A DNA stretch of 64,000 nt from Eledone cirrhosa (taxonomy: Eukaryota), in the NCBI GenBank assembly GCA_964016885.1, contig OZ024741.1, positions 48,794,001-48,858,000 on the forward strand, written 5' to 3'. Each line of letters begins with the position of its first letter. The stretch's first letter is position 1. This document shows positions 44,164-58,495 of the stretch, in pieces. The position numbers and the translations under genes were made by a program. The notes under the pieces are model-generated. The model did not search any database. It saw only the letters and a program-made list of their open reading frames with translations, and was not told the origin of the DNA.

Positions 44164-44609
44164 CTATTTTAACAAACAAGGACTAAGAGATTATAAGAAT
44201 AATGTTTTTTTTCTTATTTTTACTTTATTTATTTTTTAGAAGAAGTAGCTCACATAAAAATGTCCATTCTAATGAACCAATGATGGCAATAGTGTTGAAT
44301 ATATTTAATATTTGGAAACCAGGATTACTGGATAATCACACAAACGAAAATGTGCATTTTAGAAACAGTTTATTTCTATTACTGCTACAAGGGAGTAATT
44401 AAAGATAAAAATATCTTATTTCTTGGATGCAATTACATAAATATTTAGCATGTACAAATGATGGTAAATTTATAGAACACCGCCATCGATTTCAGTGGGA
44501 AATAATTATTTTTCCTTGTTTTTTTCTTCATGTGAACACCAGATCCATTGAATTTCATGCTGTTCTGATGTGTTGAGGTGGATGGATGGTGTTACACTAT
44601 CAGACTCAC

Positions 44610-44671
44610 CAAAGATTGCGCTGTTGTGCAGGAATTTCATGACCTATATCAGTCGGTGGCCCTGAATACCT
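44610..44671 (-). CDS. Candidate internal exon of the same gene
   Basis: GTGAGT donor, pyrimidine-rich CAG acceptor; reads RYSGPPTDIGHEIPAQQRNL(W). Confidence 0.35.
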
Positions 44672-44994
44672 CTGGTGTCACAGTGGGAGGGGTTGAAACA
44701 TACATGTTTACATCTAGATATGCAAACAAGAAAGACTTTGTACATGTAGTAGATTTATAATTCCATAGCTATTAGGAGTTTGTCACATGATGTCATTTAG
44801 GCTTCATCGATAAAGGGTAGTAAAGTTCATATGTCTTGGAGAGAAGAGAAATATGACATTTCAGGCTTATCCCTTCATCTGAGAGAGAAAGGTAACAATT
44901 TCATTTCTTCACATAAAGGGACAAACCCACAACATCAAATTGTTCTTATCTTTGTGTTTAAAGATGTTTTTTATAAATTCAGTTTCCATTGAAA

Positions 44995-45385
44995 TCATCA
45001 TCATCATCATTTTTACATCTGCTTAACCATGCTTGCATGGATCGGACGGGTCCTTCTCAGCATGACATCTTTCCACTTGTTGTGTTCCTTCATCTCCTCT
45101 GCCAGTTTCAGCAATTTAAGGTCAGTTCTCAACCTCTTCCTATGTCTTTCTTGGTCTTCCTCTACTGTGGCTTCTTTCCACTGGGATTTCCTGGCATTTC
45201 TTCACCCATTGGTCATTGTCCGTACTAACGCAGTCTTCTCTCCTGCACACCACCTCAGATTCCTCTTAAACCCAGCTTCTCCCTAACTTGACCAAGCTCT
45301 GCTTTTCTCACGTTTATATTGCACATCCAACAAAGCATGGTTGCTTTATTTCTCTCCATTCTATGCATGCCCACTGCAGTTTCAT
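44995..45385 (-). mobile_element. Degenerate RTE LINE 3' end
   Basis: (ATC)n tail, CCATGCTTGCATGG stem, GR-PRKT remnant. Confidence 0.7.
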
Positions 45386-45531
45386 CATAGTTTAATAATT
45401 TTTGTTTGGTATGTCCATAAGATCTGTAATATATCTTTTATGTAAGGACTTCTTCATTAAACAACTTTAAATGATTTTTAAAAAATCTTCCTCATGGGAA
45501 TTGTAATTTTGTCTTAGTAAATTTACCTCGT

Positions 45532-45783
45532 GGAGGCATATGGCCTAGTGGCAAGAGTGTTGGACTTAATATTGTGGGTTCGATTCTTGGGCTAGGTTGT
45601 GTTGTGTTCTCGAGCGAAACACTTCATTTCATGTTCCAGTATAGTTAGCTGAAAAGGAGTACCAGCAATAGCTGGAGGCTTAACCCTGTGATGGACTGGC
45701 ATCCTATCCAGGGGGAAGTCTTGTACACTCAGTCGCTTCACACATGAAACTGGAATAAGCACCGGCCTAACAAGCCTCTTGCT
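45532..45783 (+). mobile_element. tRNA-headed CORE-type SINE
   Basis: A box TGGCCTAGTGG, B box GGTTCGATT, CORE-like block; minus-strand relatives at 47920-48181 and 61830-61977. Confidence 0.75.
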
Positions 45784-46721
45784 TGAAACAGATATATATA
45801 TAAATTTATCTGGTTTATTTTTTTTTTGTAGTAATTTCACTGGCATGTTTGTGTCAGGTTTAGTCAATACCATGGTGTCTTGATAAGAATACTATTAGAT
45901 TCCCAGGTAGTCATGAAATCTAAGATTTTAAGGGTTGGATAATTCAAAATTGTGATATATATATATATCATCTTTCCAAAAGATATTTGGAGATGTAAAA
46001 AAATTAAACTGAAATAGTAACACAACACAAGTGTTTTAAGGCCATTTCCCTTATGGGCCCCATGTTGAGTTTGTCAATTTAACCCTATCCTTTACATTTA
46101 CTCTCATTGACTTTCAGTTCCTCCTTTTAGCCATGTCTTTCTTGTTTTTTTCCTTTCCTCTACTTCCTTCCACATTCATTTCCACCACTCCTCTAACTAA
46201 GTCACTTTCATCCTTCTTTCACACATGACCAAACCATCTCATTCAATTTCTCTTCAAACATCACAGGTTCTATTCCCACCATCTACAATTCTTTATGTTC
46301 CTCTCTCTGATCAATATTCTGTTCATCCACCACACCATTCTCATTTCTGGTCTTTCCAGCCATCTTGGTTCCTCCATGTTCACCACCCAGGTCTCACTCC
46401 TAAATCATGACACATTTCCAACACAGCCTACACCTTTCATTTCAGTTTCAATGACACTCCCTTCCTTATAAACACACTACTCAGTTCATGGAACCTTTTT
46501 CATATACATCTCACTTTAATTACTGCCAGTCTGATCCACCTCTCCATTTAACTTGAATTCTAGGTAACAATGTTTCTACACCTGCCAATTCCTAAGATTC
46601 TGCTCAACATACTTTCCATCTACAGCACCCTGCCCACATTCACCTGACATTTAAATGTAGCTGCTATGTTAATAATCTTCTCACACTATTACATTTTCAA
46701 TGTATCCTCCAGTGCATATCA

Positions 46722-47009
46722 TACGACGGTCGGCTGAAAAGTTCATAGGCAGACTATGAAGGAATGATGCTAGAGCTGTGAAATATTGCATGCATTAATT
46801 TCAACTCTTCTTTTTAATAACTGCATTGTTTCTTTCCAGTGACTATTATGAAAAATAGACCTCATTTAACCATTCCATGAGAGTATCTTGGTCAGACTAT
46901 GAAGGAGTGATGCTAGAGCTGTGAAATCTTGCATGCATTAATTTCAACTCTTCTTATAGTCCAGGGGACTATGTTGAAAAATAAACCTCATTTAGTCATT
47001 CCATCGGTA
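46722..47009. mobile_element. Tc1/mariner-like non-autonomous remnant with internal duplication
   Basis: TA-CGACGGTCGGCTGAAAAGTTC terminus; AGACTATGAAGG...TTCAACTCTTCTT occurs twice. Confidence 0.55.
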
Positions 47010-47919
47010 ATTGTATAGTGTATGTTTGTAAATATGGGATTCTTGTAATGTTCTTTTTTTGTCATATATAATGTTTTTAAATGTAAAACAATTATTATTA
47101 GATTCTTCAGCTGCTGTATTGATATGAATCACTTACAATAAAATTTCGCCAGAGATAGATTAGTAAAATTCACTAAGCGGCGGGGTTGGAAAAAATTCAA
47201 AAAAATTAAATGGGGAGATTAAATGGTAGACGATTATTCAGTCCATCTTATACTCACTGTATATACTCACTTAGACCACCTGTGTACAGCAACTCCCATG
47301 GTAAACCTCTATCACAACTACAAATACTGAGCCTGGATGTTATTCAAATTAGTTGCTGTTTCTGTCCTTTGTCCTTTGTCCACTCTCTTATACACTGTCA
47401 TCACAACTTTAACTGTTTAGTTACCAACCTGGCCAAAACTGGCTTTGGTTCTTTGAAGTAAATCCACCCATTTTAAAAGTTTCCAATTAAAATTAAAATC
47501 TAACATAATTTTATATAAGAACGTTATTATCCTAGTAATGAAATAATTAATAATTTTAGTAAATCCCTCAAAATTCTTCATTAATTAATTAAAATAGAGT
47601 GAATTTCATTAGAAATGCAGTCATGAAAGGGCTAACCAACCATTCCTCCACTCCTAACTCACTCAATGTCCATATTCCTACTTTATGTAGAAATCTATTG
47701 AAAGCTTTCTCCAGATCAACAAAACCCCAAAATATGCCATTCTGTAATGTGAAGCTATAACAACGGTCAGCTGTTAACAAAAATAATTAAAACTTAATAA
47801 ACATCCTGTATACATAGCTGATCTCTCGGACTTTTATGAAGTGCTGAGGTGATAAAGTTAATATAAAGAATGGTGTGCTCATGCGTGGATCTATCTAATC
47901 TAAAGTCTGCCTTAAGCCA

Positions 47920-48181
47920 TTTAAGGCTTGTCAGGCCAATGCTTATCCCAGTTTCATGGCATGAAGCAACTGACAGTACAAGACTTCCCCCTGGACAGGA
48001 TGCCAGTTCATTGAGCTTAAACCCTCAGCTATTGCTGATACTCATTTCAGCTGAGTATACTGGAGCAACATGAAATAAAGTGTTTTGATCAAAAACACAA
48101 CACACAACTCAGCCCTGGAATTGAACCCACAACATAATGATTGTAAGTCCAACACCCTTACCACTAGGCTACGCAGCTCCA
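47920..48181 (-). mobile_element. CORE-type SINE nested in a palindromic MITE (~47858-48283)
   Basis: Homolog of 45532-45783; flanked by inverted AATGGTGTGCTCATGC arms. Confidence 0.7.
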
Positions 48182-48283
48182 CTATCTGCGTCGAGATGCT
48201 ATAAAATAGGGTAAGAGAGAAAAAAAGTTGTCATTGGCTACCCTATTTTATAGCATCTCCATGCATGAGCACACCATTCATTA

Positions 48284-49192
48284 TCTATTTATCTAAAACA
48301 GAATGTCTGTCTGTCTCCCGAAAACTCAAGAACCACCCAACCGATTTTTTTCAAACTTTACACATGTAATACTTATGGTCGTGTGAGTGTTTTGGGCAAA
48401 AAATATTTCAAATTTTCAATGCTTTAGGACCGCATTAGGCGCCGGTTAGCGATCTCTCTCTTTCTTAGTCTGTCTTTTTAGATAGATACATAGCTATAAC
48501 GTTGCACCCTTATAATATCTGGCTGTCTGCATTACGACATTATGAAAACATTGTTCTCATTGCTGACGTAATATTTTCGCTATTTTCTGTTCATTGCCAG
48601 GGAACGTCTTCACGAATCAAAGTATCGTCTTCCTGTTTTCTTCTATTTCTGCGTTTACAGATTGATCTTTTAGTTTCAGAAGATCCCGTTAAGGGTGAAA
48701 GCAGCGATTCTTTGCTTAAACTTTAATCTGTTATTTTAATATATATATATATATATATAATTATATATTCGTGTACAGATATTTTTGCATACACAAAAAC
48801 AAAATATAAACAAACGTATTTATTTCATGAAAGCACAGATGGTTTATCGTCATTGTTGCTGCCAATATGCCACCCCAAAAGTCCCACTACTTTTGGCACA
48901 AGGCCAGCAATTACATGCACCACTGACGAGTTTACTCCTTAATCTATCAGTTAGTCTTAGTGTACTTCGTCCTGGTTTTAGGTCATGCCTCGAAGGAAGA
49001 GACACTCCATTGGCCGAAATACTGCGAAAGCACAAGAAAAAGAACAAGGCGGGCACACGAATCATCAGTGGAATCTGCTATTCGAAGGTCGCAAGACCGA
49101 GGTGTTCCATACTTCTCTACTGTTTCAGAAAGGAGGGATAAACATGCCAATCTATGTTTAGAATCCCGAGCAACGCCGGGCCATTCTGCTAG
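48284..49192 (+). mobile_element. Non-autonomous Helitron
   Basis: A|TC start with (GTCT)n; CCCGAGCAACGCCGGG hairpin; CTAG|T end; removing it restores the TIR of the host MITE. Confidence 0.85.
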
Positions 49193-49786
49193 TATTAATT
49201 AAAACTTACTCATAGACTTGGCTTATTTGAAACTTAGATATAATTTCATGAGTTAAAAAAAACATTTTTATCAGCATCATTTTATTGCTATTTATTACAC
49301 AATATATAAAAAATTGGATATTTTTCTACAAAGTGGGTTTGTGGTGCCACAATAAAAGACATCCAGTCTACATTGTAAATATATGTGGTGTTAGGGAGGG
49401 GGGGGGGGGCATCAAGCTGTAGAAATGAAGGCAGAAATGGTCTGTGCAAGCAAGACATGGTCATCTGATCTAATTTGTCTTACAACGGGACAACCCATCT
49501 AACCCATGCTAGTATGGAAAACGTACATTAAAAGATGTTGATGGAACATAAAAAGGTGAGTAGACACCACTCAGCCATATGAGCTACCAGTTCTTTTAGT
49601 TGCATATTTCCCTATCAATATTTTAAGTATTTTGCTAATATTAAAATCCTTCCATTACCATATTTTTAGTAAAAGACACTGCCTGTAATTTTCAAGTCAC
49701 TTTGAAAATAACGATTTCAAGGGATTTAATAATAGAACAAACTTTCTTGTTATTAATCTGGTGTTTGGAACATAACTTAACAAATC

Positions 49787-49972
49787 GGATTGGCAGTATC
49801 GGTAGAGCGTCAGACACCATACTTTGCAGCATAGAGTTATGGCCCTTTACGTTCTGAGTTCAAATTCCGCCGAGGTTAACTTTGCCTTTCATCCTTACGG
49901 GGTCGATAAAATAAAGTACCAGTAATGCACTGGGTAATTGCTAGCCTTGTGCCAAAAGTAGAAACAATTATT
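49787..49972 (+). mobile_element. Meta-type SINE
   Basis: A/B boxes, Meta-like core, same tail as the copy at 33252. Confidence 0.8.
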
Positions 49973-51697
49973 AATATAAACACTTTTAAAATAAACCAGC
50001 AAGTATTGAATAGGAGCACAGCAGCTTGGAGGCTAATAAGACAGACCTGCAACCTCTAAAAACCTAAACGGAGAGTACCATGAAAGAAAGTATCCCAAAA
50101 CGGGGTGAAATGAGGCAAAAAGGGGAAATTTTACATATTGAAAGCTATACCCATTTTCACAAGATAAGACATTTCTCACCCACCCTAAAGTGGGTGGGAG
50201 ATCTTCCCGTTGGATGGGGAAAGTTGACAAGTCTGTACAAGGGTGTTTTTAAGGGCATTTTATAAATGCACAAATCTTTAATGCAGGAGCCATGACAGTG
50301 TTTGAGATTCTCTGAGTCTGAGGAAGCATTTATAATGGCTATTTTAACCCTTTAGCATTTCCATTACTCTATATTTACTATTGTATATTCACAGTAAAGG
50401 CTGAATCTCTCATAATTATCTCACATAATATCGAATCTATGAGATTTTGATATTATTTATTTTGAGAATACCTTAGCATAAGTATGAGCAGCCGGTTTGA
50501 ACAGAAAGAGGTGAGAGAATTCTAGCTGGTTACAACTGGTTTAAATGCTAAAGTGTTAGACATTTTACGGGTGTCTTAAGTCTTTTAACCATCAGTTACC
50601 ATATAAACGCATGTAATATTTGACAAAATATAAACTTACTGCTCACAATTAGATTTAGAAATGTTAAAATAATCACTAACAGAGATTTAAAATATGGTTT
50701 GACTGAATGTACTTTGAAGACAAATATAATGAACATGTAGTGATACTATAGTTGAAGCCTTTACCTACATATAATCTGAGATTTTGTAATTGAGGCGAAA
50801 TGAACAGTTGTGATAGTCATTCATTATGTACGAGGAAGCGCTGAAAATTCCTGGCTTGATTGCTGCGACAGAGGCCGTTTTTCCATGCTGGATTAAAGAG
50901 TACTTTGTAGGAGTTATTGCCCTTGTATACGAGCGTCCTGCAATACGGTTTGTCGAGTTGACGCTTTCCATGGTTTCTAAGCCTGGGTGTGTGAAGGCGC
51001 GTGGCTTTGTGGTTAAGGTATCCGGCTCACAATCGTGAGTTCGATTCCCGGCGGATATAACCTGCATAGTTGTGAACTTTAAAAGTTCTCTCTCTCTATA
51101 AAAATTCTGAGTGCAGGAGAAAAAAATATTTTAGAAGGGGGGGGGGGGGGATTTTCACGTATGTAGGTGTGTTAGTCACATCAACGTATTGTTCTAGACC
51201 AGGGGTCCTCAACCTTTGAGTCATCACACACTTTTAAATAGAAAAAAATTCCACGGTCACCTGTATTGTAAATATTCAAAAGCATACTAAAAATGTTTGG
51301 TACTGGTTCGTTGTTCCCATTTAACCTCCTGTTTATATATATATATATATAATGTAGGAGGTGAGTTTTATTGTAGTACAATAAAGCAATGCAGATATCG
51401 GATAAGAAGCACTCTACAGTTTGTAGGCAATTGTCGATAGGCAATTATTAAATAGATAAATAAATGCCATTGCTAATTAATAAATAAATCAACTAATACT
51501 TTAACACTTCACACAAAGTAAAATATTTCGTTTTAATCATTTTCTAACCCAGAAAAAAGAGAAATAAATAAAAAGGGAAAAAAAGATATTTTTCTTCCTA
51601 ATAATCGTCTCTTTCTCCCTGTTTTCATATATATATATATATATCCTAACTCGTGTGCTTCCTCTCCACATTTTATTATATATATATATATATATAT

Positions 51698-52753
51698 ATC
51701 ATCATCATCATCATCATTTTACGTCCGCTTTTCCCTGCTTGCAAGGGTGGGACGGGTCTTATTCAGCACAGCATCTCTCCACTCGTCACGGTCCCTCGTC
51801 ATCTCCACCGTGAGCTTCAATGATCTGAGGTCTGTTCTCACCACCTCCGCCCATGTTTTTCGTGGTCTACCTCTACCACGTCTTCCTTCAACTGGCATTT
51901 CCTGGCACTTCTTCACCCATCAGTCATCCTCCATGCGCATCACATGTCCATACCACCTCAGTCTCCTCTCCCGTACACTACATTCTATCCCTCTCAGACA
52001 CAGTTTCTCTCTCAACACATTTATGCTGGGTCGTTCACGCACATTTACACTGCACATCCAACGGAGCATGCTTGCCTCATTTCTCTCCAGCCGTCGCATA
52101 TCCTCTGCGGTTGCTGCCCATGTCTCACTACCATGCAGCATCACGCTCCTCACACAGGCATCATACAACCGGCCTTTCGTACGCAGGGAGAAACCCTTCT
52201 TCGTCAACAGAGGAAGCGGCTCCCTAAACTTCTTCCAACCCGTCCTTATTCTAGATACTATGGCCTCGGAACACCCTCCTCCCATGCTAATCTGATCTCC
52301 TAGGTACCGGAAGCTATCCACCACTTCTATAGCGCCCTCTCGCATTTGAAAAATGTGTCTATCAGTGCGACTTCTACTGTCTAATTTCCCTGTACATCTA
52401 CTGCATACATATTTCTCCCTACCTGTTAGTTTGCCTGCTATCCCGCTACATCTCTTGTGTACCCAGGATCTGCATTGTGTGCATTTTATAGAATTTATGC
52501 CAGTTCCTTTTCTGCATATCGAACATGGCCATTTCCCTGACGGAATCAGGGTTTTGTCCTCTTTTCTACTCATCAACACTTTGTCTTAGCTAGATTTACT
52601 CTCAGTCCTCTTGCTTCCAACTGCTGTTTCCATAGCCGGAATTTATTCTCTAGCTCCTCTACTGATTCTGCTATAAGAGCCAGATCGTCAGCATAGAGAA
52701 GTTCCCATGGACAGCCAGTCTTAAACTCCTCTGTTATGGCTTGGAGTATGCTA
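51698..52753 (-). mobile_element. RTE LINE family E, 5'-truncated, with PHD-type finger
   Basis: ORF 51920-52579 has WPCSIC...CTQCRSWVHKRC...CSRC and FRYLG; short tail (GAT)n abutting (TA)n. Confidence 0.93.
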
Positions 52754-52802
52754 TATGAGTATGCTACCCGGAAACAAAATATTCAAAGGAGATATGCAAA
52801 GA

Positions 52803-52838
<36 letters not shown>

Positions 52839-54308
52839 GTGTGTTCTTTGCATATCTCCTTTGAATATTTTGTTTCCGAGTAGCATACTCAAAACCCTAT
52901 ATCGTTTACCAAAATTTCCAATCACCCACCATTTTCTGTCCAGTTGCTCATCGCCCACCCAACAGTTGAAATCGGCCACCTGTGGCGAGATCACCCAGGT
53001 TGGGAAACCCTGTCCCAGGCTAACGGTGACTAGTCGAGTGAGAAGCATTGTCAGCAGTACACGATGCAATAAAGTAAATGAAACACAAACTAGAATTAAA
53101 AACAAAATGTCTTCTTTTTCTTCTTCTTCCACTTATTCCTGATAGGGTCGTGTGGACAGAGACCTCAAACACTCTTTTTACTGGGTCTTGTCAGAAGCAA
53201 CCGTCTCCCAACTAATCCGGCTGGATCTCCAAGTGAGACCTGACAAGCTATTGGATATTATCCTACCATCTTGCTCGGGGTTTATCCCTGGGTCTCCTAC
53301 CAGTTGGTTTTTGCCCGAAAGAATCGCTTGTTTAGATAATATAATTCAATATTACATGTATAAATATTTCCAAAATTAAGTTAATCTCATCATTTGGGTA
53401 ATTTTTAGTTATCTTCAAGTGTAATATTTCAACAGCTGTATGTTGAATTCATAACCTCATTTTAAAACCCCTATCTACTGTACCAGTCACACACCGATGT
53501 TTGGTTTGTAAAATTAAACCTCTATTACAAACAAACACGTAGATATTTGTAAATCCGGAGATTTACATTCACAAAGCAAACATGAAGCATTGGAATGAAT
53601 TTTAAATATTAGCCAAACTTGGAAACCATTAAATATTGTGTTTGATTTTAAAATTGTTTTATTAATTTTTTGAACCCAATTTTCAATATATCACAAGACA
53701 CACCAAGTGGCAATATTTTCAGATTATTACCACGAGTAGACTCAGAATCTTATCTTCTAACACTCATCTTCTCCAGAAGTCTCCACAAGTTTCCGTTTAT
53801 TCCGTTAATGATGACTATTTTTATTAATATTTTGAATTAATATATATATATATATATCTAACATACACACACAGCGAGGAAAAAAAGATCAGGTAAGCCA
53901 TTTACAGTTATCTCCCTTTGTTACATTTCCCGACGCTAATTTTGGTGTGTCGCTTTAAACCTACTGATTAAAAATTTTCCGGAAAGTAAAGATCTATAAT
54001 TGATTTAGTTAAAAAAACTTGCGGAATTGTGAGTAAATATGATATGAGTTATTTACAGTCTTGTCTGCGGGGTGCAGCCCCACACCGCCAAGCCCTAGGC
54101 CCAGAGCCGAGAGACCTCTCCTTTTCTTCTGTGGTCCTAGAGTCCTTGCTTTTCCCCTCGTTTATGGCTTTTACAGCACTTTTCCAAACAGCCAGATCTG
54201 CCCTTCTTTGTAATGATATTTATACAAGTGTAAATAAAATCGAAATTCTAACATAAAAACCATCTCCGAACACCAAGCAAATTTTAATAATAATATTAAC
54301 AACAACAA

Positions 54309-54617
54309 TAATAATTGTTTCTACTATTGTAACAACGCCAGAAAATTACTCAGTACATTACTGGTACTTTATTTTATCGACCCCGTAAGGATGAAAGGCA
54401 AAGTTAACCTCGGCGGGATTTGAGCTCAACAATAATAATTGTTTCTACTTTAGGCACAAGGCCAGCAAATACCAGTGCATTACTGGTACTTTATTTTATC
54501 GATCCCGTAAGGATGAAAGGCAAAGTCAACCTCGGCGGGATTTGAACTCAGATCGTAAAGGGACGTAACTATGCTGGAAAGCATGGCGTCCGACCCTCTA
54601 CTGATACTGCCAATCCA
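54309..54617 (-). mobile_element. Tandem pair of Meta-type SINEs
   Basis: Core occurs twice (54309-54430 truncated, 54431-54617 complete). Confidence 0.8.
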
Positions 54618-55129
54618 AATAATAATGTTTAAATGGTAGATGGAAAACTTAACAACAAAATTTATGAGTGTTAGACCGTAACAAGATGTGTTCGGGTATT
54701 TAACCCATTATTTAATGTGATAAATACATTAGAGATAGGTTAAAATTCGCAGTACGTGGTGTAATTAAGAGAGCAGAGTCCTAGAATCCTTACCTAAGTA
54801 GATTATGTTATAAATGATAATGCAAGCTCCTAGAAACCTTCTCTATATTGAAGTAAAGTTAATCAGCAGATACATTGTACTGGATGATTTAACTGAATGG
54901 AAAATAATGAAGCAAAAGCGAAAGAAATGTTGACTGTAAATATAAAACACATTTGTGGAAGAAATAAATATCTATAATGCTTATAAAAAAAAAAATGTTT
55001 GTTTGTTTACCGCTAACAACACTAAATAAAATTGGTAATAATTAAGGTTTTTCGTGTGTTTTCAACTAATCTGACCTCCGACATGCTCTCAATCAACATT
55101 TTCTCCGAAAATTATAAAACATTTCCAAA

Positions 55130-56860
55130 ACTCCAGGCTATACTATGCTTTTAACTTTTTTCTTTGGGGCATATATGAAAAGTTTGTGGGGGGCTTCCTA
55201 CCTTGGAAAAACGTACATAAAATTGACCATGTGAGAAACAGTTCTCTTCTAGATGGAGACCGACGACCTGGGACTTTTTGATAGTCATTGCATAACTGAC
55301 TCTCACTGGGAATTGCAATCTTTTGAAACGAAAGGAGACATCTGTTGCTTATAACCGTATTCTATGTATAAAAACGATGTCTCCCTTATCACATCCAGTG
55401 AGGATTATGGCTTCGATAATGTGAGGCTGCAGTTCAGTCACAACCGTACGCGTCCCATTGCACAATCTTGGCTGATCCAGATTTTTGAGAAGTATGATGA
55501 CTGCGCCTTTCTTCAATTCAAGTTTGTGTGGCTGCATACAGGACCGTTCCAGACTGATGAGAAATTCAATGGGATAATGGATAGCATCGACCTCGTCGGC
55601 AACTATGTCGATAGACTTGTATGACTGGCTATCACCAGGGATCTTTTATGAGAAATTTTGTTGATGGTATTCACTGTGATGTTTTTTTTTGGGGGGGGGG
55701 GGGGGGGATTGTTCTTTCACACAGCCATTCCTCGTTGGAATTGTGGATTTGGAAATTGGAGAACACTTGATTAATTAAGCTTACAATGCTTTTCACAACA
55801 GTACAAAATGATGAAGTAGCAAAACAACCTTCAGTATCAAGGGATATGTTGCCTTCAAGTTTCAGAAGCTTTCGAGCAAACTCTGGAAAAATGTTATCAT
55901 GGTGAGATTGTACCTGCATGCTGGTTCTTAAATTATCGGTGCGATTTCCATTTGATAAAGGTAAAGTTTGTGGGAAGTTCCGTGATAAAATGACAGTGAT
56001 TACTCCCATGATTGTTGTGCTATTCCAGATATCTTTCAGTGTTCTGGCCAAGGCCTCCAATGCATGTCTGTGCACCATTGTGCATTCATCCTCAAAATTT
56101 GCCACACAATTTTGCAATACTCGAGCAGCTCCTGCATTATATGACACGGACATTTCTTTCAAATTGAGGTCCAAATCCAATTTGAAAGCAGAATGAGTTG
56201 TTCGACCTCAGGCAAAAGTGTAGCGGCAATTCCAGATGAAGTAACCACTAAAACTATTTTTTGTCAAGAAGGCTTTATTAGTTCCACCTGAAGCATCGAT
56301 AAAAAATAGGTTACCATTCTGTTGCGTAATTGACTCAAGTATAATGTTATATACTACTTTTTGATCATCTAGTAGTTTTGGCTCGTTTTCGTTAAAATAG
56401 TTTTATTGGTGCGAAGAAGGCCTAATAAACGCAGTTTAAACATCTATTTTCGCCAGTTTGTCTTCCTTCTCGATCAAAGCTGTGTTATAATGTTATAATG
56501 TTCGTCTGAAAAAGTTACTTCTATATCAGGGTTTCCCAATTGCGCTTCGTGTTTAATGTCCTCGGACATGCCGTCCCTATATTCAGCCAAAACGCCGATA
56601 GATTGGCTATATCACAATTTTTAAAATATAATTGCGCACAAATTTCGAATACTTTTGTCGATTCGAGATGGAGACGCCTCTGCAAGTGTTGCATCCCATT
56701 GATTGTCATCATCCAACAGACCTCTCCGCATGCCGACATCTTGATATGTGTTACAAACAGCGCCACTCACTTTAAGAAGTAAATCAAAAGTCCGAGGGCC
56801 TCTAACTTCATTAAGCAGCATCCCCAAGTGGAAACATTTACACTCTCCTGGATGTATTGT
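55130..56860 (-). pseudogene. Decayed Helitron RepHel (PIF1-like helicase)
   Basis: Fragments VRGPRTF..GLLDDDNQWDATL, DECTMVHRHALEAL, PHKLELKKGAVIILLKNLDQPRLCNGTR, RLQFPVRVSYAMTI, CFSHGQFYV; many frameshifts. Confidence 0.9.
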
Positions 56861-57229
56861 GTGAATCCTATTTAGTGTTGCTGCTTTACGAATTTCAGGA
56901 TGCTTTTCTACTGGTCTTCCTCGTTTTCACCGGTTTCATTTCACTCTCAGTTTATCAAAGGTATAGTCCGAATAATAGAATTGTGCAAAGCTGTCAGTTC
57001 GACAAAGTTAAAAAAATGCAAGCAAAGTTGTCTTTCTTGGTGCTATGGCTTGTTGGGCTGCATTTTGGACTCTAATATATATATATATATATATATATGG
57101 TAAAATAAAAAGAGAGGGGGAGAGAGAGAGAGAAAGCCAGAAATATAGAGAGATGAATTTGTCCATTCTTTCAGTGACAAATTGTTTGCTAACACACAAG
57201 CACACAGGAAAATAGACACGTACACAAAT

Positions 57230-57396
<167 letters not shown>

Positions 57397-57536
57397 CACA
57401 ACCATTTGATGTTGCTTCCGTAGAAAAAATTTGATGACTCTATGTAAGCGACATCAAATACTTTTTATTTAAATATTGTTCTGATAATAATTTGATGTTA
57501 AAAATTTGATGAAGTTTGTTTGCTACATAAATAATT

Positions 57537-57703
57537 GGATTGGCAGTATCGGTAGAGGGTAGGATATCATGCTTTGACGCATAGAGTTACCCTTGCCATT
57601 CTGAGTTCAAATCCCGCCGCGGTTAACTTTGCCTTTCATCCTTACGTAAGGTATCAGTAATTCACTGGTTATTGCTGGCCTTGTGCCAAAAGTAGAAACA
57701 ATT
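57537..57703 (+). mobile_element. Meta-type SINE, internally deleted
   Basis: Head and tail match the copy at 49787. Confidence 0.7.
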
Positions 57704-58051
57704 AAATTACTTTTTGTTAAAAATATAGTTCTCGTTGTCAAATGGATAATGTAAAATGGATAATGTAAAAAACCCATCAGAAGCTGCAAATAAATTGCTA
57801 CGACGGTCGCTGGTCCCCCCTCCCCTGCTGTAATTGTCCCCTTTACCCGCACCCCCATTAAATCCGGCCCTGGGTACCTTTGTATTTCGAGTGCTCTTCC
57901 CTGGTAGAATACTGTCTCGAGTATTGTGAAATTACACACATGTGGCACGTTTTAAGTCTAGCAACATTATATTCTTTGTTCCTACAAATACTAAAGGAAG
58001 ATTTATTACAAAGATTATTTGTCCTTAGCCATTTCGTAAGATGAGTTCGTC

Positions 58052-58103
58052 CACACACACACACACACAGGCACATAAACATATTAACACATACACACAC
58101 ACA

Positions 58104-58176
<73 letters not shown>

Positions 58177-58394
58177 ACACATTAACACATACACACACAT
58201 ATTAACACATACACACACACACTCACACACAGACACACATAACACATACACACGCACACACACTCACACAGACACACACACACGGGCATACTCACACACA
58301 CATATATACACACACGCACACACACACCCTCTCTCTCACACACACATTCACACGCACACACTCACAGACACACACAAGCATACACACACACAGG

Positions 58395-58435
<41 letters not shown>

Positions 58436-58495
58436 ACACACACTCTCTCTCTCACACACACACGCACACACTCACACAGACCTACACACACAGAA
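58052..58495. repeat. Degenerate (CA)n compound repeat
   Basis: Direct reading. Confidence 0.95.

Noticed and set aside
47263-47780. Apparent minus-strand exons
   Set aside because: They translate to GLPWELLY and FVDLEKAF, i.e. decayed RTE fragments.
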